A stretch of DNA of 64,000 nucleotides from Octopus sinensis (Eukaryota). The notes below the pieces were generated by a model that saw nothing but the letters and a program-made list of their open reading frames with translations, was not told the DNA's origin and made no database searches. Shown in pieces: positions 52,021 through 64,000 of the stretch. Within the stretch, counting starts at the first letter, position 1. The number at the start of each line of letters is the position of its first letter. The stretch covers positions 76,508,001-76,572,000 of the forward strand of contig NC_042997.1 of the NCBI RefSeq assembly GCF_006345805.1, written 5' to 3'. Both the position numbers and the translations under genes were made by a program.

Positions 52021-55000
52021 ATGAGTCTTCCTAGCTTACCCGCATACTCTGGTGATGTCACACTTTGGTTTGCTCAATTGGATGCGTATTTTTCCGCCCA
52101 TGCTGTGCCTCACCAACAGCAACTGAACCTTTTGTACTGTGGAATACCTTCACCTCTTGCACGCTCAGTGAAAGATCTCATCATTGACCCACGTCCAGAT
52201 GCAATTTACGCATCCATCAAATCCGAGGTTCTCCATTGGAACACACAATCTGCGGAGAATAAATTCCGGACACTGATGCAGGATGAACACCTGGGAGATA
52301 GGACACCATCTGAGTTTCTTCGTCGGTAGCTAGAACTCAATGACACTCCACTTGAGGACAATTTTCTGCTAAGGAAATTGTTTTTCTCTCATCTACCGCC
52401 AAATATCCAATTAATACTGGCCACAACAGTCGACTCCAATTTGCTTGATCGGAGAGCCACCATGGTAGACAAGATCATAAAGTTTACTGTGCAACCTGCA
52501 CCTCACCATATATGTTTGGACCCCGTAGTAGCTTCCTCTACTACTACAGAGTCTCCTGCTTCATTACATGATGACATTTTGGAGAAAGTCGATGCATTAA
52601 CACATCGCATGGACATACTGTGGCGAGAATACACCAGCTCTCATCGTCCTCACAGCAGAAGCTGTTCTAAGCCATGGTTGTCTAGTTCTGCTCCAATGGT
52701 TTCCAATCTCTGATGGTACCATGCATCCAGCCCTGTTCGTTTAAATTGTCGAGAAACTAGTTGTGGAAGATTTGGGCACATCAACTTCTTCCTGAAATTT
52801 TTCATCTCATCGTTCATTCTTTGTTAAGGATCGTGTGTCTAACAAATCGTTTATGATTGACACTAGATTCAGCTGTTCTATTTGGCCTTTGTGTCTTACT
52901 TCAGACAAGCCGAAGCAATCTGCCATTAAATTGCACGGGGTGAATCTATCCCTGATAAAAACTTATATGGTCAGGTCTCATTAAACCTAGATCTCAACCT
53001 TCGAAGGGATTTTAGGTGGGTTTTTGTTATAGCAGATCTACCATACTCCATTCTGGGTGCGGACCTCTTAAACCACTTTCACTTGTTAGTAGATGTCAGG
53101 TGACAGAGACTTGTGGACGATTCTACGTCTTTGTTTACACCTGCTTGGGTTACTACTAATGCTGGAGATCAGTTCCACTCTCTTTTGGTTTCTTTCCCAG
53201 AACTGGTAGATCCGACTTTCAAATCAAAGTCAAAGTCACATGCTCGACTCGCGATTATATCACTACTTCTGGACCACCCATTTTTTGCGTCCACAGCGAC
53301 TTGCCCCTGGTTAGCTCAAAAAGGCTCGATCTGAGTTTGAGTATATGCTTCAACTTGGCCCCTCCACCAGCCCTTGGCCATCTCCTCTTCATTTAGCATG
53401 GAAAGGGGATTCAGATTTTCGTCTGGTGGGGTATTACAGACGTTTGAATGCAGTCACTGTTCCTAATTGCTATCCAATAAGGAATCTCTAGGATTTTTCT
53501 TCAAATTTACATGGTTGCACTAATTTTTCCAAGGTTGACCTCATCTAGGCTTATCATCAAATTCCAATGAACGCTGACGACATTCCAAAAACTACCATTA
53601 CCACCCCTTTTGGAAGTTTCGAGTTCCTGTTTATGAGCTTCAGTTTGCGTAATGCAATGAACACATTCCAGAGGTTTTTTGACGAAGTGGTCTGTGGACT
53701 TGACTGTGTGTTCGCTTACATGGATAATTTGCTCAGAGCTAGCGACATGCATGAAAATCACCTCCAACATTTATCTCAACTTTTTCAGCGTCTTCACGTC
53801 TACAATGTGCGAACCAACCCCAATAAGTGTGTTTTCAGACTGACCTCTCTGGAATTCCTAGGTCATTATATTGACTCTAATGGTATCTGACCTCTCTCCT
53901 CCAAAGTCAATGCAATTCAATGCATCTCTCCTCCCACTTCTTTATGCCAAAAATTCATTTCTTGAGAATCTTCAACTTCTACAGGATTCATACCTAAATG
54001 TGCACACAAGTTACTTTACTTGACTTAACTATTGAAAGCAAATAAAAAAAAATTCTATTACTTTATCTGCCGAGTCATTATCTTCTTTTGAGTCAGTCAA
54101 GAAGGAAATAGCTACTGTTCCTTTACTTGCACATCTGGCTCCTGATGCTTGTCTCTCTTTAACAGTTGATGCATAGGATTCTGTGGCCAGTGCCGTTTTA
54201 CAACATACCATTGATGAGCAAACTTGACCTTTGGCATTCTTTTCTTGTCAATTAAAGCCAGCTGAACGTCGTTACAGTATGTTTGATCATGAACTTTTAG
54301 TGATCTACCTGTCGGTTTGTCATTTTCAACATCAACTTGAGGGCTGAGATTTTGTGATTTGCCTATCTTCCACTTCTGTCTACTGAGGGCACAATCCTTT
54401 GTGACACAGCTACTGCTTCTCCCAGACCGTTTGTACCTGTGAACTACTAGCATTCCGTTTTTGATGCCTTGCAGTCACTGTCACATCCTGGCATTGCTGC
54501 CTCGGTGAAGCTTATTATGGCTCAGTTTTTCTGGCCTAATATATGCTGGATGATCACCAATTGGGCACGCTCTTGTGTGAAATGCTAGTGTTCTAAAATC
54601 CACACGCACATTCGTGCTCCTCTTGGACAATTAATCTGGTTGGACCATGGCCTGTCAGTTGCAGTTTCTTTTACATATTGACATGCATCGATTATTTCCC
54701 TCGTTGGCCTGAAGCTATTCCAATAGTGGACATTTCCACCGAGTCAGCTGCTTGAGCTTTCGTTTCTAATTGGATTGCTCATTTTGGTGTTCCAGCTAAG
54801 ATAACCACTGACCGTGGACACCAGTTTGAAGCTGCCTTATTTCGTGAATTATCACAAATCCTAGGTGTTCATCACATTCTTACAACCAGCTGCCATCCAG
54901 CTTACAATGAGATGGTCGAACATTTTCACAGGCAACTGAAAGCTACTCTTCACACCACTCCTGATCTGCAGTCTTGGACAGAATTCCTGCCTATCATTCT

Positions 55001-55185
55001 TCTTCGTTGTCGCACTGCCATTAAGACAGACTTAGGTTTCTCCTGCGCTGAACAACCTTGGCACTTCCTGGTACAATGTTAGCTCCAGCCAATTCATCAC
55101 ATCCTGATCCAACATCGTATGTAATCAGACATCGCTCATATTTCTCGAGATTTTCACCAATGTATCCGTGTGACCATTGATACAA
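52021..55185 (+). mobile_element. Degraded Ty3/Gypsy LTR retrotransposon (gag, PR, RT, RNase H, IN)
   Basis: LWFAQLDAYF, LGDRTPSEFLRR, TTITTPFGSFEF...NTFQRF, AYMDN, LTVDA, HPGIAAS and ITTDRGHQFE in PR-RT-RH-IN order. LTRs not identified. Confidence 0.92.
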
Positions 55186-57179
55186 TGGTATTGCTTAGAG
55201 GCTGAGATATTTTGTACTCTGCCATACCACTTTTGCAACCTTGCATCCCCAGCTTTTGCTACCTTGCATTTCCCACTCAGTAAGCTATTGTTTAACTCCT
55301 TATCACTCATGGCCCTCTATCTATCATTTCTTCACCACCTGTACTGGCAGCACCATCCCTTTTACACTGACACTATATTGCTTTACACTCATTCCCATAT
55401 CCAATACACTCTAACTTCACCATGCTGTACTAAAAACAAGCACACATTCTCCTCTGGGCCACCTGTAATATTACTCATCACTCACCTCTATCTTTATTTC
55501 ATTGCCCACCCTTGTCTTTGTCCATCTCTGCCAATCACTCACTGCTAACTTCACTCTAAATATCCCTGCTTATTCATCATACTCTTGCTCCTTTCACCCA
55601 CCCAGCCTTACCTTTGACCATTTCTGCTATTGCCATTCACTCCTCTCCTGACTGCACTCTTGACTATTCTTACCTTTTTTACATCACATAATCACTCCTT
55701 ACATTCTACCTCCCATTCTGACCCTTCTGATGTCATTGCTCCTTCTTTTGCTCCCCTCCTCAGTCATCTGAGCAAATATACATGCTCTGGCTTATTTTTT
55801 TCCCCTCTATCCATTTCTGGCCTTTTTGCTGCCATTATTCTTTCTTTTATTCCTTTTCTCAGTCTACACACCATAGATTATTAAGAACTTTCTAAATTCA
55901 TTGTGTGCATGGCACCTCCATGTCTTGTGCTAGTGCTATGGTGGAACCTGCTATGCTCCTTCCATATGTGAATGATAAGTGAGACTACCGGTGCCATGGT
56001 AAATGCTCCAACTGCTCATTGAAAATAGAAATGATGATGATGACAGTGATGGTGGTAGTGGCAGTGGCAATACAGTATGAGTGCTAGATGAGAAATTCAT
56101 GCACTGAAATTTTATAGCATTAAATTTTTCTTTTTTTATAAATCCACATTTGTACATTTGTGGTAAATATGCTATCAATAACAGTAGCACATTTTGACTA
56201 TTAATTAACAATGGATGTAACATATCAGTTTCATATTTTAACATCTTAAAACAAAATTGATTCTAATGATATTGGTAAAATAGTTTGTGCTGAAATTCCT
56301 GATCCTGAAACACAGTCTATGCATCATCAAATATTACCAAGGTATATGAGACATGGACCCTTGACATGAAAATCCAAATGCACAATGAATGAAGAACAGT
56401 AGTGAGTGTACAAAAAACTATCCCATGATAACAGAAAATAGACACTAATGTAGATGAAGATCCAGTATACAAAAGATAACAAGAACAATAGCTCGAGTTT
56501 GAAGCAGAAGTGAGGACAAAGAGAAATGATGTTCCATATTAGCAATTATCCTTTTTATACAACTGTAGAGGAAAGCTATGTTTTTGAAAATTTATAGGAT
56601 AAGAATGTGTCACTGATTTACCAAATTATTGATTTTTAAATAATCAAGTTATTCAGCTCTATGAAAAAAATTGTCATAATAAAAAAAATTATGTCATTGG
56701 ATCAAGGTTAGGACTAGGTATATTTAAATTAGTCAAAGGACTATTATCATCATGGGGAAATGCTCAGAAATCCATTTAAAATAGCTCTCCATCTTTATTT
56801 GAAACTATCACGGCTACTTCTTCAGCTGTTGGTAAGTTGTATCATCTCCTGCATGAATTTCTGTTTCTCCAAAATAAATAGCAATTTTCTATCAGAGCTT
56901 TCATGTTTTCTTTACACTTCTATGAATACATTATTTTCTCTTATGAAATTGCCAGGATTTCATTTTGAATACTTTTATTCAGACAGCCATGATCATATCT
57001 ATCATTCATCCTTGTATAATTTGTGTTACTAGAGTCAACTACATGGAGTGATGCAAACTGTCACTGCTCACCTTCATTTGGGTGCATGTTAGATACATGC
57101 TGATAGATTAGACCATGCACTCTGAAATGATAAGAATCACATGTAGATGGTTCAGCAATCTCTGCACCCATGGATCATC

Positions 57180-57620
57180 ATCATCATCGTTTAACGTCTA
57201 TTTTCCATGTTAGCATGGGTTGGATGATTTGACTGAGGTTTGGTGAACCAGATGGCTGCACCAGGCTCCAATCTGATCTGGCAGAGTTTCTACAACTGGA
57301 TGCCCTTCCTAATGCCAACCACTCCGAGAGTGTAATGGGTGCTTTTACATGCCACCAGCATGAGGGCCAATCAAATGGTACTGGCAACAGCCATGCTCAA
57401 ATGGTGCTTTTTATGTGCCACCTGCACAGGAGCCAGTCCAGCAGCACTGGCAACAACCTCACTGGAATGTTTTTTCAGATGCCTCCAGCACAAGTGCCAG
57501 TAAGGTGATGCAAGTAATGATCACGCTCAAATGGTGCTTTTTACGTGCCATCGGCATGGAAGCCAGTTTGTTGCTCTGGCAACAATCATGCTCAGATGGT
57601 ACTCTTAGCGCTCAAGGAAA
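57180..57620 (-). mobile_element. RTE 3' UTR fragment
   Basis: Reverse complement of the RTE tail (ggttggcattaggaagggcatccag...catggaaaatagacgttaaac(gat)n). Confidence 0.85.
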
Positions 57621-58899
57621 AATGAGATCTAAGGAGTGTCCTTGAATTTTTGAGAATGTATATGTTCTGAGTTGCTCATTCACTCCTATAAATATTCAGA
57701 GGGATCTAGCTGATACAGTAACAAACTTTGCCCTTGTGACAACAGTTGTTAAATTTCCCATCATCAGAACATTCTGGTTAAATGTTTAATGCACCACAAA
57801 ACTGGCACTTAATTCTCATTTCTCCACAACTATGTTGCTGATTTTCATCTTCTTTACTTCATATTGCCTTCTAATTTCTCTGCATGAAGCAATGTATCTC
57901 AACCACTTTTCTATTTTCCTTTTCTTTTTTTGTCATTTGGAAACACCTAAATGAAAATACTTGTGTCTTTTGTTCATTTTTATGTTGATGTTCTTGCAAT
58001 AAATATCAATTACATCACTATGAATTTTTAAAAATATTTAAATGCTGTACATTTTCTTGGAGAGCATCCAAAAAGAAACATCACAATTTGAATGGTCAGT
58101 GAAATGGTTGAAATCTTGCCTAATTAGCCTATAATGGAAGGAAGGTTTTTATTATACTTTTGGGGTATCTTCTTCCATTATAATTATGCTGTTGAATCAA
58201 GGAGCTGGAAATATTAAGAATGAAGTTCTCAGGCAGAGTAAATTCAATAACCGTTTATGCCCAGGTGCTTCATACAAGGGATTTGCTTTCAGTAACCATC
58301 TTTACAGTAGTGCATAGTTAGCTTTCTCTCCTATACATGCGAGGTTCAATAACCTCTGGAGACAATGCATGTGGTATCACAGTGAGACAAAAGTCCGCTG
58401 TGAGCTCCTGGCTTCGAAGTCTTGCTCAGTGTCAGCGTGAGAAGAATGAGAGGGAAAATCTTGTTTTTTCCTTAAATAATGGTTGCAGGCAAGATCTCAT
58501 TTTTGTCTTGCATATGGCAGTGGTTGCAGGTAAGATCTTGCTGTTTCAAAATGGTGTTGGCTTCTTTGTGCCTCCTGAGAACACCAATGGTGTTGGCTTC
58601 TTTGGCTCCCTCCTGAGAACACCAGTGTGAAAATAGAGGATAAATAGAGCAGGCACAAGGAAGGAGCAAAGATGGTAATCGATCACAAACAACAAAATAT
58701 GGTACAAAATATGACAAGTCAAAAAGAAAAATAATTGCAAGAAATATAAATCGGCATGCACAAAATTTGACAAAATGTTCAATGGCAGTGAATTGGAATT
58801 GTTCAGTAACACAAGAAAGCAATTGTCTGTCACAGGAAACACAAAAGAGATTGTCAGATATAAATAGTTTTGGTAAGTTTTGTTAGTGTTAGGTGATGG

Positions 58900-59161
58900 T
58901 GTGGTCAAAGGTGCATGTGCAGGTGGATGTGTAGGTGGTTGTAAGGGATCAAAAGTGGGTGGGCGTGGCCGGAGTGTCATCGAAGGGTGTGTAAACCTCA
59001 AAATATGCCTTTTTAAGTCTGTCTACTGATACTGCCTCTGCCCGACCATTGATGTCGAGACTAAAAGTTTTGGGTGTGTGCGATAGCACACGAAGCGGTC
59101 CTTTACACAAGTCCACTTGTCAATGTCTGGTGGGATGTGCTTTGTCATTGGAAGTTGTATC
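58900..59161 (-). mobile_element. Ty3/Gypsy integrase C-terminal (GPY/F) fragment
   Basis: HIPPDIDKWT...KGPLRVLSHTPKTFSLDINGRAEAVSVDRLKKAYF. Confidence 0.85.
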
Positions 59162-59399
59162 TTCTATGAAATAAAAAATATTATCTTTGGTGGCTTGAAG
59201 ATTTGCTAAACTTAGTCCTGTATAAAGTTGTTTGTAGTTATCTATTTGATATGCAATTCTATCAAAATAAATAAGGGTGTCTGTAATAAATTCACACTCC
59301 ATGGTATACATCTTAATTTTATTTTTATGAGTTAATATAACAGATGAAAGACTAATGACTGCAACCATGATATACTATAAAGTATATTAAATGTTTTTG

Positions 59400-61470
59400 T
59401 AAGTCTATGCCATGATCTTCTGTGTTAGCAGTGCTTTTTACATTATTTTGTTAAGGTTATTTCTACAGATATTCTGTAGAAATTATAGCCAGCTCTGATT
59501 TTTGCTATAACGATTTTACAGTCAGAAAGAAGAACACCTGTATTTTATGGTCTCCCTAAAATACACAAAATGTTTTAAAGATTTCCTCTAATGTGCCCAA
59601 TTTGCAGTGGATGTGAATGCTGTACAGCCAAGATTTCAGAATGGCTTGATGGCTTGATTCACTGTCGCAAAATGATCAAGTTCCTATATTCAGGATACTT
59701 TTGATTTTGTGTCTAAAATCAACAACTTTTTTAAGCACAGAAGCCATGTCGAAAACTGTTTTTTGGTAACCATGAATGTTTCTTTCTTATATCCCAATAT
59801 TGATCATGATGAAGGGGTAGAAGCATGCATGAATACCTTTGAAAAACGATCAACAAAAGTGTTCCATCAAATTTTGTCTGTAGGTTTTGAGGCTTGTGTT
59901 ACATAGTAACACAATGAAGATTGGACAAAACTTTTACCACCAGATGTGGAGGTTTCACCATGGATATCCCCATGGCAGTTAATTTCGCTAATGTCTTCAC
60001 AACAAAATTCAAGACACAGTTACTGAAGACATTCAAATCCTGACATGGTTTTGAACCAATACTCTGATTACAGTTCACTGATGATGTCTTCTTTGTCTGG
60101 GAAGGATCACAGGATAGTTTAATGAACTTCTTGCATTTCGGTGACTGTTATGCTAAAAACTATGGCTTTAACTCAACATAAAATTTATGTCTATTTTTTC
60201 AAAAACTAGAATTGAATCTTTGGACACAAAAGAAGTTGTTTTCTGGAAGCAGAATAGGGACAGAGTTATTTTGCAAGCCCACATTATCCCACATTTACCT
60301 CCACCGCCACTCCAATCATCCACATCATATAATTTGATCAAATTTGAAATTCTAAGTTTTGAAGATTAAACAGATTTGTACTGACATAGGGGATTACTGG
60401 AAACATCCAAATGCTTTTTTTTACACCATTATGTCAAACGCAGTTACAGTGAATCATGATTGAAGGAAATAGCAAATGAGATAGCGAAGATTAGCAAAGA
60501 AAGTCAAACCTTCACACATAATTTTCGCAAACACAATAGATGACAGAATTCCTTTAGCAATTAACTGGTACCGAAATTTTGCTGGCATTTCAAAAGTGTT
60601 GCATGAAAGTTATCAGCATGCTGCAGAAAAATATCCTTGTTTCAAACAGATATTTCCTCACCCACCTATTATAGCCTTTAGACAGAATAAAAATATAAGT
60701 GCATTATTGACCTCTATTTCTGCACATTGTATCTTGAAAAGCAGCCACAAGAGAGGTAAGCCCTGTTCATTGTGCAACCACATGAGTCAAGTGAATTCCA
60801 TCAGGAGTCATAACAAATGTTATCATTTATAAAGAAGGTGGAGATTCCCATTTGGTGTACATGGAAAAATGCATGAAACACAACTTGATTTAAGTTGGTT
60901 GTACAACAGAACAATTAAACAAAAGATTTAATGGACACATATATGACATCAGGCACAATAACGGTAGTTTGATAGAATTTGCTGAACATTTTGCTTCAAA
61001 CAGCTGCACTTTTGAAAAAGACTTGAAAGTGCATATTCTCAGAAAATGTTCTGAATCTGCTACACTTTCAATTTTCAAAATGCATGGAGAGAAATGAATA
61101 AAATGACAGAAGAATTTCATCAAATTTATTCAAAACTGTTTTATTAAATATTCTTCTTTTTTTCCTTTTCTTTTTTGCTTTCCTTTTTTCTTTTGTTTTT
61201 CCTGTCTTTTTCTCTTCACCAGTTATAAAATTGAAACTTAAAGACTGATGATGTCATTCTATCAACATATGGATGCTGTTTGGTCTTGTTCATATTTTAG
61301 ATCTGAATTTCTGTAATTTTGAATTTTTATCACTCTTTATTTTGTATTTGACCAAGACAGGCTTCCTGTCGAAATATTGTTCAACCAATAAAAATATCTA
61401 TTACAATTGCATCATGCTCTTCATTTTGCCTGATTACCTTTGTGAAGAGTTACGTCAGTCCTTTTAAAAT
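59400..61470 (+). mobile_element. Degraded Penelope-like element (RT plus GIY-YIG, Neptune/Poseidon-type motifs)
   Basis: FLVTMNVSFLYPNIDHDEG, PMAVNFANVF, RFTDDVFFVW, PPIIAFRQNKN, KPCSLC and YVGCTTEQLNKRFNGH motifs; decayed hammerhead-like motifs near 61245 and 61365. Confidence 0.82.
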
Positions 61471-62154
61471 TCAGCAGCAGTAGTAGTAGTAGTAGCAGCA
61501 GCAGCAGCTGCTGCTGCTGTTGCTGTTGCTGTTGTTGTTGTTCATTACTGACTTTGATTGCTAATATAACATGATAAATGTTTTGATTATCAGGCTGATG
61601 AAAGCTAAAAAAGATTCAACAGAAAAGGCATTTGATATTAAGGGAAATAATATAATAAGGTATCGCAGTAATATTAATGAAAATGATATGATAATAGGAA
61701 GGCATTCTGGATGCCTTATTATTATTATATACAGGCTGAAAGGATTGAATGTAAACAACTAGTTGAGCAGTGATTGTCACATGCCATGTGACAAAATGAA
61801 CTCAGAAATTAAACTTAGCTGGAAACTAAACAACTCTCTGCTTCTTCTTCACCTACAAAGCAATATGTGTAAAGTAATGTGTTCATTACACATTTAATTT
61901 ACTGACATAAGGGGACTTCAAGATCCTGCGGTGTTTTGTCCTTGTGCGTTTGATTTGGTTAGAACATATTAAGACTGAATAGATATGTTATTGTTTGGAT
62001 TCTCTCTGTTCTGCCTACATCCCATGAATTATTACCCATTTGGCAGACATCAGCACAAATTAGTTAATAGTTTGTTTGCTGATTCCTATAAGCAAGAGTT
62101 CATGTTCTTGTGAGATTCATTAGTTTGAAATAATTTCAACTGAAGACATTATTT

Positions 62155-62750
62155 ACATTATTTACAATTGATGGATATTTGTCCTCATCTTGTTTGTTGT
62201 TAACACGTTTCACCTGATATACCCTCCAGCTTTCTCAGGTGTCTTGGGGAAATTTTGAATCTTGGTTCTCATTCCTAAGGTATTTTTCTATGTTGTTGTT
62301 GTTGCTGTTGTTCCTAGAATCGAACTTGGAATCTTGGGGTTAGTAGCCCATGCTCTTAACCACTACATCATATGCCTGTGGGCAATTATGGAGTGAATTT
62401 TAGGGCTTATAAATCTAATATTCTCCTATCCTTCCTTAATACTGGTTCCCATATGCTGTTCATATCTGCATTCGGTCTGCTTAGGAGGTTGTTGTGTCCT
62501 AGCAATGTGCTGCTTCTTTTAGTTTCCGTATTTTCCAGTGCTGTTCTCTGTCTGACCAGCTATACCTGATTTATCAATGTCTTCCCGTGTCACAGCTTCG
62601 CAATGTTCCTCGACCCTTATTTTGAGGGGTCGGCATATTTTGCCTTTGTATAACCTACCACAGCAGCGTGGGATGGAGTACATGCATATGACATCAGGAC
62701 AGTATTCAAATGTAATACAACACTTCGCAAATATTTCCTTCAAGTAAAAC
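62155..62750 (-). mobile_element. PLE 3' end (GIY-YIG plus terminal repeat), left arm of an inverted pair
   Basis: MYSIPRCCGRLYKGKICRPLKIRVEEH...KSGIA, followed by a tRNA-like segment and a decayed hammerhead. Confidence 0.85.
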
Positions 62751-63114
62751 CACCAATAGAAGAGACTATGACCAAAGACTGCGTGTACTCCAACCCATGC
62801 AGCTGTGGTAGGTTATACAAAGGTGAAACAAACTGCCCCCCCAAAATAAGGGTAGTGGATATTGATAAATTGTGTATAGCTGAACATGTATGGAAAAATG
62901 GAGACCACCTCCCCTAGTGGGATGAAGTTAAAATAATAGACAGAGAACACCTGGAAAATATGAAAACTAAAAGAAGCAGCACATATGCTAGGACTTAACA
63001 ACCTCCTAAGCAGACTGAGTGCAGATATGAACAGCATATGGGAACCGGTATTAAGGAAGGATAGGAGAATATTAGACTTATAAGCCCTAAAATTCACTTC
63101 ATAATTGCCCACGA

Positions 63115-63183
63115 GGATATGTCATAGTGGTTGAGAGCACAGGCTCCTAACTCCAAGATTCCGAGTTCGATTCCAGGCAGCGA

Positions 63184-63185
<2 letters not shown>
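63115..63185 (+). promoter_or_regulatory. tRNA-like internal Pol III promoter (A and B boxes) within the PLE terminal repeat
   Basis: TAGTGGTTGAGAGC (A box) and GAGTTCGATTCC (B box). Second copy on the minus strand at 62311-62376 (TAGTGGTTAAGAGC...AAGTTCGATTCT). Confidence 0.7.
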
Positions 63186-63218
<33 letters not shown>

Positions 63219-63266
63219 TCAAAAAAATACCTTAGGAACGAGAACCAAAGTTCGAAATTTCCCCAA

Positions 63267-63315
63267 GACACCTGATGAAGGCTGGAGGGTATATCAGCCG
63301 AAACGTATTAACAAC
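63267..63315 (+). ncRNA. Hammerhead ribozyme motif (core and stem II intact, stems I/III imperfect)
   Basis: GACAC CUGAUGA A GGCUG-gagggtatat-CAGCC GAAAC GUAUUAAC. Confidence 0.62.
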
Positions 63316-63674
63316 AAACAAGATAAGGACAAATATCCGTCAAATGTAAATAATGTTAATAATCTACATAATTCTTCATTTCTTAAATATAGAACTGTAT
63401 TATTCAACTGAAGAGATGCACAATGTGGGGGCTCAAAGTCCTCTTCCACAGATTAATCAGGTGTGTTATTAGAACACATTTAAAGCAGATGTCCTCTGAT
63501 GGCAAATAACTGCAGTTATCAGATAGTCAAGTTTGAATCTGCCAGAACATGTTAAGAATGAATATAAATGTTAATATTGTAATAAATTTATTACAAATTA
63601 TTACTGTAAATTTTAAATGTATTTTAATTTTTAAAAAAATTTTATCTATTTCTTATTTTCTCTGAACATCTTAG

Positions 63675-63841
63675 GCATTTATGGACACAGTGCAGTATAT
63701 CACCTTGCTGTTGCTACAATTTACATTTATGGAGGAATGCTTTTTACAAAATATTACAAGTTTCATCCTTCAAAAGAATTATATACATTTGACGTTGACA
63801 AATTGCAATGGAACATTCTGCAGGCATCAGATGAGAGAATG
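63675..63841 (+). CDS. MEGF8: MEGF8 internal exon (kelch repeat)
   Basis: Boundaries cttAG|GC...ATG|GTAAAT. Translates (G)IYGHSAVYHLAVATIYIYGGMLF...PSKELYTFDVDKLQWNIL, matching the recalled human GLYGHSAVYH...PSPELYSL. Phase 1 to 0. Confidence 0.92.
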
Positions 63842-64000
63842 GTAAATATTTTCCATTTGAAAGAAATGTTTTTCTTTTTTTTTTTCAGTTTTGGAAGAGG
63901 ACATGTTTCTTTTCATTTTCCATTTGTTTTTCCAAACTTGCATTTATTTCAATGATTTGCAAATTTGGAAAGTTATATGTTGGTATTTCATTTATTTGTG

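Larger units (their letters stand above)
62785..63365 (+). mobile_element. PLE 3' end (GIY-YIG plus terminal repeat), right arm of an inverted pair
   Basis: YSNPCSCGRLYKGET...DEVKIIDRE...KLKEAAHML...IWEP, followed by a tRNA-like segment, (AAT)n and a hammerhead. Confidence 0.85.

Noticed and set aside
61484-61542. (CAG)n(CTG)n mini-palindrome within a compound trinucleotide tract
   Set aside because: It is short and explained by ordinary microsatellite drift; there is no coding or structural context.
63115-63185. Functional tRNA gene
   Set aside because: The acceptor and anticodon stems do not pair properly, the two copies differ in the anticodon loop, and it is embedded in a repeat. Kept only as a tRNA-like promoter.

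Overview
Eukaryotic, AT-rich, repeat-saturated genomic DNA, most likely from an octopus (inferred from recalled SINE/MITE families and the abundance of (TA)n; no search was run). The only host gene I can support is MEGF8 on the + strand. Six internal coding exons (second CUB, EGF-like and kelch regions) have GT-AG boundaries, and five are mutually phase-compatible. One CUB-encoding exon is apparently missing, possibly in a 100-N assembly gap. The introns hold nested mobile DNA: RTE LINEs carrying a PHD-type finger inside the RT region, a BovB-like RTE, CR1-group LINEs, three Penelope-like element (PLE) lineages with hammerhead ribozyme motifs, Helitrons, maT/mariner, hAT and piggyBac-type DNA elements, a Ty3/Gypsy apparently split by a ~4 kb inversion, tRNA-derived SINEs and long microsatellites. 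The most interesting signals are (i) a PLE 3' module combining a tRNA-like Pol III promoter with a hammerhead, present as an inverted pair; (ii) hammerheads whose long two-tier stem II is structurally conserved despite sequence divergence; (iii) the PHD-bearing RTE family that repeatedly sits in (TA)n; and (iv) a frame-preserving partial duplicate of a MEGF8 exon. Exon, TSD, TIR and ribozyme coordinates were counted by hand; boundaries of degraded repeats are approximate.
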